Shown: positions 52,306 through 64,000 of the stretch, piece by piece
Layout of the letters: every line of letters begins with the position of its first letter
How positions within the stretch are numbered: position 1 is the first letter of the stretch
NCBI RefSeq assembly: GCF_001194135.2
Contig: NC_069000.1
Span: 6,309,244-6,373,243, forward strand
Source: Octopus bimaculoides
Lineage: Eukaryota
Direction of reading: 5' to 3'
Length of the DNA stretch: 64,000 bases
Made by a program: the position numbers and the translations under genes
The notes under the pieces: model-generated
What the model saw: the letters and a program-made list of their open reading frames with translations, nothing else
Database searches by the model: none
Told to the model about the DNA's origin: nothing

Positions 52306-53411
52306 AATATATATATATGTTAAACGATGATGACAACGATATATGTAAAATGGCAAGGGTATGGCTGTGTGGTAATGAAGTCTGCTTCCCGGCCACACGG
52401 TTCCTGGTTCAGTCCCGCTGCATGAAACCTTGGGCAAGTGTCTCCTTCTACTATAGCCTCGGACTGTAGCCTCAATCCTTGTAAATGGATCTGGTAGATG
52501 GAAACTGAAAGAAACTTTTCATGTGTATACATCTCCATAACTTAGCTATTCAACAAAAGCGAGTCTCATCTGCTATGATCTATGTATGTACTTTTTTGCA
52601 GTATTTCGTGTTGTAACATGACATCCATATTAAGTTGGATAGATAGATATGTAAGTATGTATATGTAATCAAACCTCAAAGACACTGGTGTTAGTCTACG
52701 TTGATAAGACTTGTATTTAGTAAAATTGATTAAAAGAATGCAGTGCAATCGTCTTTTGACATGGAAAATCCCACATTTCAGATTTTGGAGAGTCCTTTAG
52801 GGAAACTCTGTTGTTTCTTTTAAATTTCAGTCTTGTCCCTTTTCCCATGAGGAAGCACTCTGAAATGTTTGGGTTTTTTCTACTCCTCTCCGCAAGTTCA
52901 CTGTGTTGTTTTCATCGATTTTAGGATATTTATAGATGTGAGTGTGTGTGTGTACACAATGTATATGATATATGTGAATATAGCTGTGTGGTTAGAAAGC
53001 TTGCTTCTCAGCCACAGAGTTTTGGGTTCAATCGCACTGTTTGGCACCTTGGGCAAGTGTCTTCTGTTATAGCCTTAGGCTGACCGAAGCCTTGTGATTG
53101 AATATGGTTGGCAGAAGTTTCCACCGTGTGTGTGAAAGCGTGCCCCCTAACAGAGAGGAGCGAAAGCATACATACAGAAACCAGCTCTTTCTCTATTGGC
53201 AAGAAATCTTGAAATAAAACTAGAAAATGACACACACAAACGAAGGGCTTTAGTACTACTTCCACCTGCCAATTTTACTGAAGGTGTTCATTGGCCAACT
53301 TGAAGCTAAAGTAGACAATCTATGGCCAAGGCTCCATGTGGTGAGATAGAACCTGAAACCCTGTGGTTATGAGCCAAACTTTGCTATCACATCACTATAC
53401 TTGTTTCTATA

Positions 53412-53454
<43 letters not shown>

Positions 53455-53921
53455 AATCCATAACATCACTAGTGTACATTGAGCAAGTTAAGGAGTTATT
53501 TCAGGGAAGGTGAGTTTGTTCTGTTGTTGTTGGAGTAAGATACTATTGGCAACCAACAAAGATATTCTTGTAACCTCTTTTCTCAACTGTGTGCTTTCAA
53601 CACACATATATATGTATGCATACATATATGCATGCATGTATATATATATGTATGTGTATGTGTGTATATATATATATATATATATTCACACATGCATACA
53701 CATCTACCTATCAGGTAAGTTCAATATATTTTCTGTTGTGCAAATTCTCTTTAAATCTTTCCCTCTATAGTCTGATTGTCTGCATATATATACATATATA
53801 TATACACATACTGCAGATGAATTCTTTTATTATCAGCACATTGCTTCAGAGGGATGAGCTGTTTGTTTCAATGCCTACTGCCTATGCTGATTTATTTAAC
53901 TATTTACTTGAACCACATGCC

Positions 53922-53987
<66 letters not shown>

Positions 53988-53991
<4 letters not shown>

Positions 53992-54114
53992 GTGTCCACA
54001 AAGTCTGGGTACATGGGGATTAACACATACTTTAAGAAATTATTATTTCTTATATTTAATTGTTTATGCAATGATTTTATTTACTTCATGTACCCACACC
54101 TTGTGGACACCCTG
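53988..54114. mobile_element. 127-bp Tc1/mariner-type MITE inside a CA/TA microsatellite
   Basis: 28-bp TIRs cagggtgtccacaa(a/g)gt(c/g)tgggtacatg. Confidence 0.8.
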
Positions 54115-54549
54115 TGTATATATATATATGTGTGTATATATATATATATATATGATCTTGTGTTCTCTCTCTCACTAACCCAAATATTTCTATTTTACTT
54201 TTGTAATGTTTGAAGTTCTTTCTTACCAAATTCTTGTTCTTGGTGTTTTTCATCTTTTTCTTTTTATTTCTTTACTCACCATCTTGTCATTTACGCTGTT
54301 CCATACTAACTTTTTTTATCATATTCTTCTTCCATACTTTTCAGGCTCGGAATTTGGTGGTTCTACAATACTCAATCTGCAGTTATCTAACTTCTTCCTT
54401 TCTTTCCTTTTTTTCATTTTAACCATTCTTTCTTTCTGTCTTTCTCTCAGCTTTCAGCTCAGAATATTTCAATTAAACTTTACTAAAATCATAAAATTTA
54501 GTGATGGTAAACTTCCAAACGAACCATTACAAAAATCAGTCGCATTCAT

Positions 54550-54550
54550 T

Positions 54551-54609
<59 letters not shown>

Positions 54610-54633
54610 GCTATTATTATTATTATTATTACT
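54550..54633. repeat. (TTA)n microsatellite
   Basis: Direct reading. It produces the spurious poly-Leu and poly-Asn ORFs. Confidence 0.95.
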
Positions 54634-54992
54634 AGCTGCCCCCGTGCCATCAAAATTGATGGCTAATTGTAGTATTTTATATATAAATATGAACAGTAAA
54701 TCAAATCGAGACACCTGTCAATGTTACTGAAAGAAAGCTGGTTCACACATACAAACATTCACATACTTCCCTGGCACAGTCACACACAAATACTCACACA
54801 AAGTTGAAATGCTGTTTGATTCTTCTTTTCAGCATTGAATGTTCACCATCCCACTTCCACACAGTCGAAACGCTCCCACCACCAGCTTACTGTCACCCCT
54901 TCCTTCCTTATTCATCTATCACCCCACCTCCTTCTCTCATTCATATGTTGTAATGGAGAAAAATTACTAGAGTATTATTATAGTAGATTATT

Positions 54993-55420
54993 GAGCCGGC
55001 AGAATCGTTGGCATGCCAAATGAAATGCTTAGCTGTATTTCACTCATCGCGACATTCTGAGCTCAAATTCCGTTATGGTTGACTTTGCCTTTCATTGTTT
55101 CAGGGCCAATAAATTAGGGGTCGATGTAATCAACTAGTCCCCTCCTCCACCACCAAATTTCAGGCCTTGTGCCTATATTAGAAGGGATTATTATTATTAT
55201 TATTAATGCAGTGAGCTGGCAGAATTGTTAGCACGCTGGGCAAAATGCTTAGCTCCATTTCATCTGGGTTCAAATGTTCCGGGTTCAAATTCTGTTGGGA
55301 TCAACTTTGCCTTTTGTCTTTTCGGGGTCTATAAACTAAGTATCAGTTGAGTACTGGGGTCAATGTAATTGACTTACCTCTGCTGTTCAAACTTGCCGGC
55401 CTTGTGCCAAAATTTGAAAC

Positions 55421-55459
<39 letters not shown>

Positions 55460-55665
55460 GGCAGTGAGCTGGCAGAATCCTTAGCATGCTGAGGCAAAAT
55501 GTTTAGTTGCATTTCGTCCGTCTTCACGTTCTGAGTTCAAATTCTGCCGAGGTCGACTGTGCCTGTCATCCTTTTGGGGGTTGATAAATAAAGTACTGGC
55601 ATTGATGTGATTGCCTTACCCCCTCCCCACAAATTTCAGGCCTTGTGCCTATAGCAGAAAAGATT
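54993..55665 (+). mobile_element. Three head-to-tail family B SINEs
   Basis: Starts at 54993, 55208 and 55460, separated by (ATT)n tails. Confidence 0.85.
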
Positions 55666-57706
55666 AATGTTACCATCCTCATTTTCATGGTTTTGGTCTG
55701 AAATCAAATATATTTTTAGGTCTGCAGCTTTTCTCAATCTCTCTCAATGCTGAAGAATCTACAGATTCATAAATATTTGTCTGTGGAATTTAAAAACGAA
55801 AACAGTAAACAGAATAAACATTAACTCTTAGTCTTGAAATGCATTTTTATTCCATCTGCTTTTTTCCAAAAAATGTTTGGTCATTATATATATATATATT
55901 TCTAAATTTCTTTCCAATACTATGCATGGAATATCAGATAAAACATTTTGAATAGGTCTGTATCTAGACAGATACCTGCGAAATATTATTATTATGTATG
56001 TTTTTATAAACTGATTTTTTTCTTCTACACAACTGCAGATTTTTAAGAGCTTTTTATTAGTATGTCTCTGTGTATTTTATAATTAATCATAATAATAATG
56101 ATAATTATCTTCTCCTCCATATGGCTTCTGCTGCAGGACACAATAACATACTACCTGCTTATTTAGTCCTACAATAAATTGTACTGCTAACTTTCTCTCT
56201 CAGCTCAAATCTGATTCTTTTCTGCTCATTCTAATTATGCCTCGTGAGATGGGGTTTCGCTCTGAGTCTCGTGTTTCTGCTTCTCAAGATCGCAGGTTTG
56301 GTTCTGGTTGCTATTTCTAACTATTCAATTGGTTACATCAATACTAGGAGCACTGCCTTGTCACTCTGAAGGTGGGGAAACAAGAAGAGTGTAAATTTAC
56401 AGTAAGCTGAATTAAAACGTACCTAGAAATAGCAATGACAATAAAGATGAAACTGTTTAGGTGATAGAGCATGTTGATTTAATGAAACAGGTGATATTTG
56501 CCACAGAAATGATACCAAGGAAGGAGGACTGAAAGGTAAACAGTTGCTTGTCTGACTCCACCGTGCAGGAATTACCAATAGGAAGGAGATGTGATAAAAC
56601 ACAAAAAACCATTTCCTCTTGGAGGCTAACATGGAGAAGAATATACAGTAAAACAATCAATCAACAAATAGAAGTGCTCGAAGCGGCATTGGGTAAAATA
56701 GAGATGTGTTGTACACAAGCATGGGAAGACCTTCACTGTTGAAATTGTTGCAGGAGAGGAATTCTCCTTGTTGACAATTGGTGTAGAAAACATACCATTG
56801 AGCTGTGAATGGTGACAGGCATAGAAAGAAATCTGTTTTAATATGAAGACAAAAGCTGCTTTAGTAGGAAAATAACTGTTTTCGTTAGAAGGGAACTATT
56901 ATGATGAGATGACAAATTTTTTATAAGAAGAAAACGGTTTTTGTAGGTGAAAACTCTTTTTAATACGATAAAAATACTAGGGAAGATATAGGGACGAAAC
57001 AAGTTGATACGGATGACAGGAGAGGTGGAATCTCTTTTCAAAGTATTTTACGTTTCCTCTTTCTGTTTTCTGCTAACATTTATTGTTTCAGTGACTAACA
57101 TCTAATGTGTTGATTGTCAAAGATTGGCAGCTTTTATATTATTTCTTCCTTCATGTATATATACACACACACACACACACATACCGTAATTGATGGTATA
57201 TAAAACGCCCCCAACCCCACAAAAAAAACAAAACGCATTCCAGGTCCTATATGCAAAGTTGGACCTATATTAAATGCTTTAATACGCTAAAAGTCTTTTT
57301 TTTTTCCTGAATATGCATTACTGAAATTCAGGTGCATCTAATATACCTGTATGTCTTTTATGCCATCAAAGTTTGTGTGTATGTATATACACACACACAC
57401 ACACCTCTCTGTATTTAAGAGCTTTGTATTAATTAAATCTATTGCGTGGTTTTTCATGTTGTTTAATGTTTACCTGAAGCTATTTATTTTCTCGGATTTC
57501 TCATTAATGCTGAAATTTTATTTATTCAAGTCTACTAAATGCTGCCTTCCTTCCTTCTGTTCTTTCTTTCTGCTCTGTGTTTATCACAATCATTATTTAG
57601 TCGTAAACGTGCAACCTGTTTTATTACACGATCTGGTTTGATACTACCACCTTGACCTTAGATGCTCATGGCTAATAACACTGGTACACCATGCTGTTTA
57701 ACACTA

Positions 57707-57800
57707 TCAGCTAGTCCTTGGGTCCTTCTGGGTGTCAGTTTGCCCTTGGGTCCTTGTCGGTGTCAGCTCGCCCTTGGGTCAACTCACTATTAGCCGGTCC
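57707..57800. repeat. Degenerate minisatellite, ~28-bp unit, about 3 copies
   Basis: tcagctagtccttgggtccttctgggtg / tcagtttgcccttgggtccttgtcggtg / tcagctcgcccttgggtc. Confidence 0.65.
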
Positions 57801-58491
57801 TTGGATTCTTGTGGGATACTAACATTCAGGTCGGATCCTGTTTCTTCCCCTTCACCTTTTTGCAGTGGTCATTGACCTGTAGATGATCAGACTAGGTGTT
57901 TGCCACATTAGTGTCACTATTATCGAAGAAAGGTATGCAGATGTCAATGGCCTCAACCTACACACCACTACTCCCCTACTGATTAACAAATTAGATTATT
58001 ATTCATTATTGATCACTAAAGAAGTTTTAACATTACAACTTTTTTTTTTTTGTTTCACCCCAGCAAAACATTAGTAGTTGGTCTTTAATGCATCATGTCT
58101 CTGAATTACTAATTATTATACATTATTAATTTCTCATTAGTGGACACTTTAAAAGAATCAATTAATCTCTCTATCTGATAGTTCCCCTTCTAAAGAAAGG
58201 GTTTCATTCAAAACATTACAGTTCTTGTCTTCACATGGGATATGTATTCAGCCAAATTTCTAAACCATTATGTTATCTGCTTCGCTTACTCTAATCTCCA
58301 CATAATACAGTAATTAACATTTTCATTAAATAAAACTAATAAAGACACATCTAGTATGTTATTGAATGTCCCATATAAACCCAGTTTAGTTATTCCTGCT
58401 CATGTTAAATATTACTTATATTTATTTCAGATATATATTTTTTTATGTTACAACTCTAAATTACATCACAGTTGTGTACAAATACTCAACA

Positions 58492-59095
58492 TGGCTGTGT
58501 GGTAAGAAGCTTGCTTTCCAACCACATGGTTCTGGGTTCACTCCCACTGTATGGTACCTTGGGCAGGTGTCTTCTACTCAGACTAACCAAAGTTTTATGA
58601 ATGGATTTTGTAGCTGGAAACTGAAAGAAGCCCAGTGTGTGTGTGTGTATATATATCATCGTTGTTTAACATCTGTTTTCCATGCTGGCATCGGTTGGAT
58701 GGTTTGATCTGGCAGTGTTTCTACAGCTGGATGCCCTTCCTAACGCCAACCACTCAGAGAGTGTAGTGGGTGCCTTTTACATGCCACCAGCACGGGAGCC
58801 AGTCAGATGGACCTGACATCGAACATGTTCAGATGGTGCATTTTACGTGCCACCAGCATGGCAGCCATATATATATATGGGTGTGTGTCTGTCCCTTTAT
58901 TCTCTTTGTGTTTGACCCACCACTGCTTGACAACTGGTGTTGGTGTGTATACATTCCCATAACTTAGCAGTCTGGCAAAAGAGATTGATGTAGTAAGTAC
59001 CAGGTTTAAAATAAAAATAAGCCCTGGAGTTCATCCCCTCTTCAAGGCTGTACTACAGAATGGTCGCAGTCTAATGAGTGAAAAAAGAGAAAACA
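58492..59095 (+). mobile_element. Family C SINE with a family D repeat (~58655-58860) in its internal microsatellite
   Basis: The SINE head and tail flank the ggatgcccttcctaacgccaac-containing insert. Confidence 0.7.
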
Positions 59096-60254
59096 AAAAT
59101 GAGTTTCTTTGTAAATTGAGAGGGCCCTTTAGTCTAAAAAGCATAAGGTTGAGAGCCAAGGGTTACCTTTAATCCTGTATCTCTGAGAACTTGTCAGTGT
59201 CTGTAGCACTGGTACCACTCTGTAGAGCGTCTGGTAGTTGGCATGAGGAAGGGCACCCGGCCGCAGAAACTGTGTCAAAACTGAGACACCAAATTGAAAC
59301 ATGATCCTTCAACCCATTGGATGCTGCCTTACCACCCAACTTGCGAAGCAGGCATAAAATGGTGATGGTGATGGTGACGTTGTTTAAATTTATAACATTT
59401 GATTTTCCCCCCAAATTCTTTGTTATTGACGATGAATATATCTAGTTATTTACTGCAGTAAAATTATGTAAGATCTTTTGTAAATAAACACTATCTCCTA
59501 CTTTTTATTTTTTTCTATTTAAAAATTAAAAAACAAAACAAAACAGGACATCAAACCTACAGATATTCTTATACAAGAAATATATAGAGCAAGCATGGCT
59601 GTGAGACTATAAAACTTTTAACATAGGTAAGACTGAGGTTAAGACAGGTGAGATTATAAGACTGAGGTTAAGACAAGTGAGACTGGAATTAAGATGTTCC
59701 CTTTACACTTATGAACATTTCAATTTGATCCCACTGCACATCACCTTAGGCAAGTGTATTCTACTGTAGCCTTAAGCTGACCAAAGCCTTGTGAGTGTTT
59801 TTTTGGTTAGTGGAAACTGTTAGGAAGCCACTTGAGGACAACTTACTCCATTTCCCAGTTTAATACACACACCCTCCCCATCTCAGCTCTAGTTTTGGGG
59901 GTGTTTTTACGAGCTGTGCCCGCACTCCCTTTCCCCATTCAAGCCAGCTGTCCAGTCTTAGTTTAAGTATCTCCTTTCTTCCTTCCAACCTCACCGACAC
60001 CCCCTGTAAAAATCATTGGCCCTACCCCCGTGTAAACCATTCCTATTATAACTGTTCTGTTGTATAAAGCGCTAGCTGGGTTCCACGAGTCAATATAACC
60101 TGATAGTAACACACACCATGTATTTGCTAAGTGTTTTAGGTGCTTGTGTAGTCAGATATACAGACATAGACACCCTCCTTCAGCCTTCCCACTGTTGGCC
60201 CCATACAACATCCAGACTGGCAGCTGGAATATGAGAGAGGGCTTGCACACGTTT

Positions 60255-60382
60255 ACAGCTGAGTAGACTAGACTAAGCTGAAATGAAGTGCCTTGCTCAA
60301 GGGCATAACACATTGCCCAGTCCAAGACTTGAATCCATGACATTAACGATCAAGAGCCAAACAACCCTAACCACTAGGCCAA
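60255..60382 (-). mobile_element. tRNA-derived SINE head and central domain
   Basis: Reverse complement reads tggcctagtggttaggg...ggattcaagtc...gcccttgagcaaggcacttc. Confidence 0.7.
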
Positions 60383-60529
60383 CATATTACAATAGTAATT
60401 TCAATATTTTCTCCCACCCCCCTGCTGATATTGTTATGTCATTGATCATTGTTAATATTGATTGAGTTATTATTTATTTTTTCCTTTTAACTGTCATTTG
60501 AATATTTATCTGTTTCTTTTCTATTTTAG

Positions 60530-60746
60530 TAGAGAACAAGGAAGTTCCGTTAACTGCTGCTTCGACTGGAATCAGTTCCGGAGGAGTTGCTGGTTTGATA
60601 ATTGCGTTGATCTTAATTATCCTTATAATACTCGACTTGATTTGTTACTTCAAGTTTGAGAAAGGTGTTACAATGTTTTTGGTTAGCACCTGCAAGAAAG
60701 GGTCTTCTGCCAAGGACAAGTCCACAGATGTGGAGGCTGGTGCGAG
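60530..60746 (+). CDS. NCAM: Transmembrane and juxtamembrane exon (VENKEVPL...GGVAGLIIALILIILIILDLICYFKFEKGVTMFLVSTCKK...GA)
   Basis: tttctattttag acceptor in phase 1, AG|gtatgt donor in phase 2, hydrophobic helix with the NCAM-type D-x-x-C-Y-F motif. Confidence 0.92.
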
Positions 60747-62426
60747 GTATGTATCCAATGATCTTGACTCCTACTATTATTTTTTGTTTTGTTTTTCCTG
60801 CTTCTGCAGCACTGACGTAGGTCTGCTTACACGATAGGACTTAATAATGGTGTTGGCATCAGATGTGATTAGAATGTCACAGGAAAGGGTCACAGTATAG
60901 ATTTTTCAAGTCAAGCCAACCAACAGGGGACATAGGTAGACCAGGAGTAGACCAAAAATGAAATGGTTGGATAATATCCATTGTTTAGATTGGTCACGCT
61001 TTGGAATCCAGCTGGAAATCATCATGGCTACTGCTTCTGATAGGACCCTACAGAAGAGGTATCTGAGTACTGTAACCCCCACAAGCCTCGCAGGAATAGT
61101 GAACAGAGAAAATGGATGGATGGATGGATGGATGGCTGGTATTAGGTTAGGGTGTTCTGTTATTCAGCAGTTCCCTTTGCGGCTGAAAGAAAACATGAAA
61201 GGGCATTGAATACAATGAGTTTGTAATGTGAAGTAATGAGTTGTGAGGAGGGGGGGGTCTGTGTGTCATTGTAGAAGGATGAATGGTAATAGAAATGATA
61301 AGATGGCTGATAAGAGAAAGATGAATGATACAATTGGTTAAAGACTAAGAGCTTGTTGTACCACAGCAGGTATGGTGGTGGTGGGGAGAATGGGAGCTGA
61401 AAATGAAGCAGATATTAATTGATAAATCAGTAAAAAAAATGAAAGCTGTGTGTATACATGCATGTACATGTGTGTGTGTGTATGCACGCACTAATGTTAG
61501 CTCTTTAAAAAGATATCGGTTAATGTTTAATATAATGTAACATGCGTCTCCAACAGCTGTCTTTTGCTAATACAAACATGGATTTCTAAACAGATGCAAT
61601 TATTTAGAATTCTTTTGCCATAGTGTTGTTGTTGTAGTAGTAGTAGTTGTTGTACATGAACTAGAGAAGCTCTTTGTGATAAATTACTTGGAGTTAACAA
61701 GAAAACTATTAAAGAAACATTTCATATTTTAGGAAAATTTCTTTTTGTTTTGTTATGGTTGGGGTGTTTTTTTTTTGTTTCATAATTTTGCATTTTTTAA
61801 TAAAAATTTAATGACAAAAATTGAACGGAACGAACTAAAATACTTCATTCTCAGTCATTGTATTCATCTAAAACTGGTTATGTTACCAATGTTTTTAATG
61901 CCGATGGCAAAGACAATAACATATCAGCCCAGATATCTATTTTATTTAGTTTGCTCTCTGTATGTTGTGAGTTCAAATCATAGCAAGTCAGTTTCGCCTT
62001 ATCAACTGCATTTTCTTAGAAAATAAGACCCAGGAAAATCTTAAAATTAGTTCCTTTGAGATCATTCTCTAACATATTTTTTCACCCTCCTTGCACTACA
62101 GAACTTTCTCTTCATAATCTGTCAACTGAAGATTGCAATAATTTCACCAACTACCAATAGTTCCAATTCCTCCAGCCATACCAAACAGCATTGATGCTAC
62201 CAGAGAATGTTCTGGTTATTTTGGCTCCCACTGTACTACTTTACTTTCTTTCTTCTTCTGTGTGCGTGTTGTACCACATATTGCGTTGCTAAATCTCCGG
62301 TTCTTGTCTTGTGTTTATATTTTTAACTTTGAATGTTCACTTTGTTCTTCCAGAGAAATTGTTTATTATGTTATTCTTTATTGTAAGCATTTGGAAATTG
62401 TTATAATTTCATTAAAATATTTTGTA

Positions 62427-62461
<35 letters not shown>

Positions 62462-62671
62462 ATACATACATACACACACATATATTTATGTATATATCTA
62501 AAGTATGTTTGTAGATGTGTTTTTTATATATATATATGGTGAGAGAGTGAGAATACTTTTCCACTTAGATTTATTTTAACTAATAATGTGTTTGTAAATT
62601 GTTAACTGTGTTTTGAATTTTAAGACATTGCTTCTCTAATCCTCGTATAGCCTTTATGTCAGTGTGAAAAA

Positions 62672-62704
<33 letters not shown>

Positions 62705-64000
62705 GCATCTAACCTTTGACTCTGCATCTTTGCAGGTTTGCGTGTTGTTGTTGATTATATTTACAGCTCCGACTTGTAATCATTGACTGGTTGTAAACCA
62801 ATACTTTTGGATCTTCTTTAACTGTTCCTTGTGTATTAATCCTGTCATGCCGTATTCCCACTATAGCGGGAATGGGTTAAGCATCGTCTCTGCTGGATTC
62901 TGGTTAAAATGGCAATGAACAGCACACGTAGAAATAAAAGATGTTGCTGATCAACTTAGCATAAATACAGACTCCCCTCTTGATGAAATGAACTTAATAC
63001 TTTGCTTACCAAACCCATTTTGCACCAAATAATAATAATCTTTAGTTATTATAGTCATTTTTAGACAAAAGCCATATAAAACAATAGGTTCATTGACAGG
63101 GTCTCCGCTCCATATTTACATTGCATTGATTTTCATTGGCAAAGAGATGCTTGTTTTTCTACAGTTGATTACAGCTCAATCACCGAAATACTTCATCTAC
63201 AATAGGAAAATTCACCAGAGTTCCTTTCATGTGGTGCCTCCCTACAGTTTTGTTGTTGTTTGTTCTTTTTTTTTTTTTTTTTCAAAATTAACTATTTATG
63301 AAAATTTAGAAAATTGATAGTTTTTTTTTTTTCCTAGCATAACAAAATAACAACAATAATTTAAACTTTTATCATATAATTTTATGTAAATTTCAATAAA
63401 ATATCAAAGGAGAACACAGGAAGTTATCATTTTCAGATGGTAAATCTGTGCATTGGGGGGAGTTCTTTGGCAGATAATTCTCAATAAATACATTTTCTTT
63501 TTATTTCATTTACTGCTGTATATAATACAGAACATATCTCTGTAGCACTCAGGAGTATAAACTGGAACTTTTGATATAGTGGCAGTCATTTCTAAAGCAT
63601 ACTGGTTGCTTTTTATTAGAATTATTTATTAGAGTCTATTAGAGTTGCAAAGGTTAAACAGAATTCCATTTGATGAACTGATAAGAGTACTGTCAAGTAT
63701 GTAGTGTTAATAGATGCTCCACTGTTTGTGCAGCAAAACACATCAGCGTGTCATCTAGCTTGTAACTTCATCGTTGACATGCTTAACGAAATAACTTGTC
63801 AGTTAGAATCAAAATTAAGTTGTCTTCTAGCTAGTGGCAGTCGTTTACTTTTAAAATATGCACGTCCTTCAGTTTTCAGTTGCTAGAATTTCCTGTCCAT
63901 ATTTTTAATTAAATACTACTCTGTTCATGTGTTTCAATTATTTTGTAAATAACCAAAAGTTTGGAAGAATTTTGTGAAAAGAAGAAAAAAAGAAAATTAC

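Larger units (their letters stand above)
1118..60746 (+). other. NCAM: NCAM/Fasciclin II/apCAM-like gene, partial (Ig4-Ig5-FN3-FN3-stalk-GPI or TM)
   Basis: GT-AG exons join in consistent phases into an Ig-Ig-FN3-FN3 chain. YNWMGNKANITCTAKSYP resembles Fas2 Ig5, and the TM exon has the NCAM-family D-x-x-C-Y-F...G..M motif. Alternative GPI and TM ends are typical of the family. Confidence 0.92.

Noticed and set aside
53505-53509. 5-nt AG/GT-bounded segment (ggaag|gtgagt), and a similar 6-nt one at 35302-35307
   Set aside because: Weak pyrimidine tracts, and the 5-nt one is not frame-preserving. Expected by chance.
54206-54730. 174-aa hydrophobic ORF ending in poly-Leu, and the antisense poly-Asn ORF
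   Set aside because: Driven by T-rich sequence and the (TTA)n microsatellite. Only the 54345-54506 part is kept as a speculative exon.
59615-59690. Short direct repeat (taagactgaggttaagaca x2) with spacer, superficially CRISPR-like
   Set aside because: Only two copies, eukaryotic context and no cas genes. A local slippage duplication beside a SINE.
62736-62754. Phase-2 acceptor (ctctgcatctttgcag) giving a short tail R-F-A-C-C-C-stop
   Set aside because: No resemblance to NCAM, Fas2 or apCAM cytoplasmic tails, and the Cys run comes from a TGT repeat. It cannot be excluded without RNA data.

Overview
AT-rich, microsatellite-dense animal genomic DNA with 8 N-gaps. The repeat families and overall character point to a cephalopod, probably Octopus (inference). 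The window is dominated by the 3' part of one + strand gene, an NCAM/Fasciclin II/apCAM-family adhesion molecule. Seven constitutive exons (1118-7525) encode Ig4, Ig5 and two FN3 domains. They are followed by a set of frame-preserving phase 1-1 exons that build a modular membrane-proximal stalk: 27 nt at 8096, 30 nt at 10398, 63/90 nt at 12819/12792, 123 nt at 21780 and 30 nt at 26949, plus weaker candidates. Two alternative anchors follow: a GPI-signal terminal exon at 33558-33664 and an NCAM-type transmembrane exon at 60530-60746. The N-terminal exons lie upstream of the window, and I found no convincing further cytoplasmic exon inside it. About 9-10 kb after the GPI stop codon lack the otherwise frequent SINEs and contain an ~800 bp inverted repeat, a candidate long 3'UTR with a dsRNA/ADAR substrate. 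The introns carry tRNA-derived SINEs, RTE-type remnants and decayed Tc1/mariner, hAT and piggyBac-type elements and MITEs, some nested. I found no rRNA, true tRNA or CRISPR features. All splice and isoform calls come from reading the sequence by eye and need RNA-seq confirmation.
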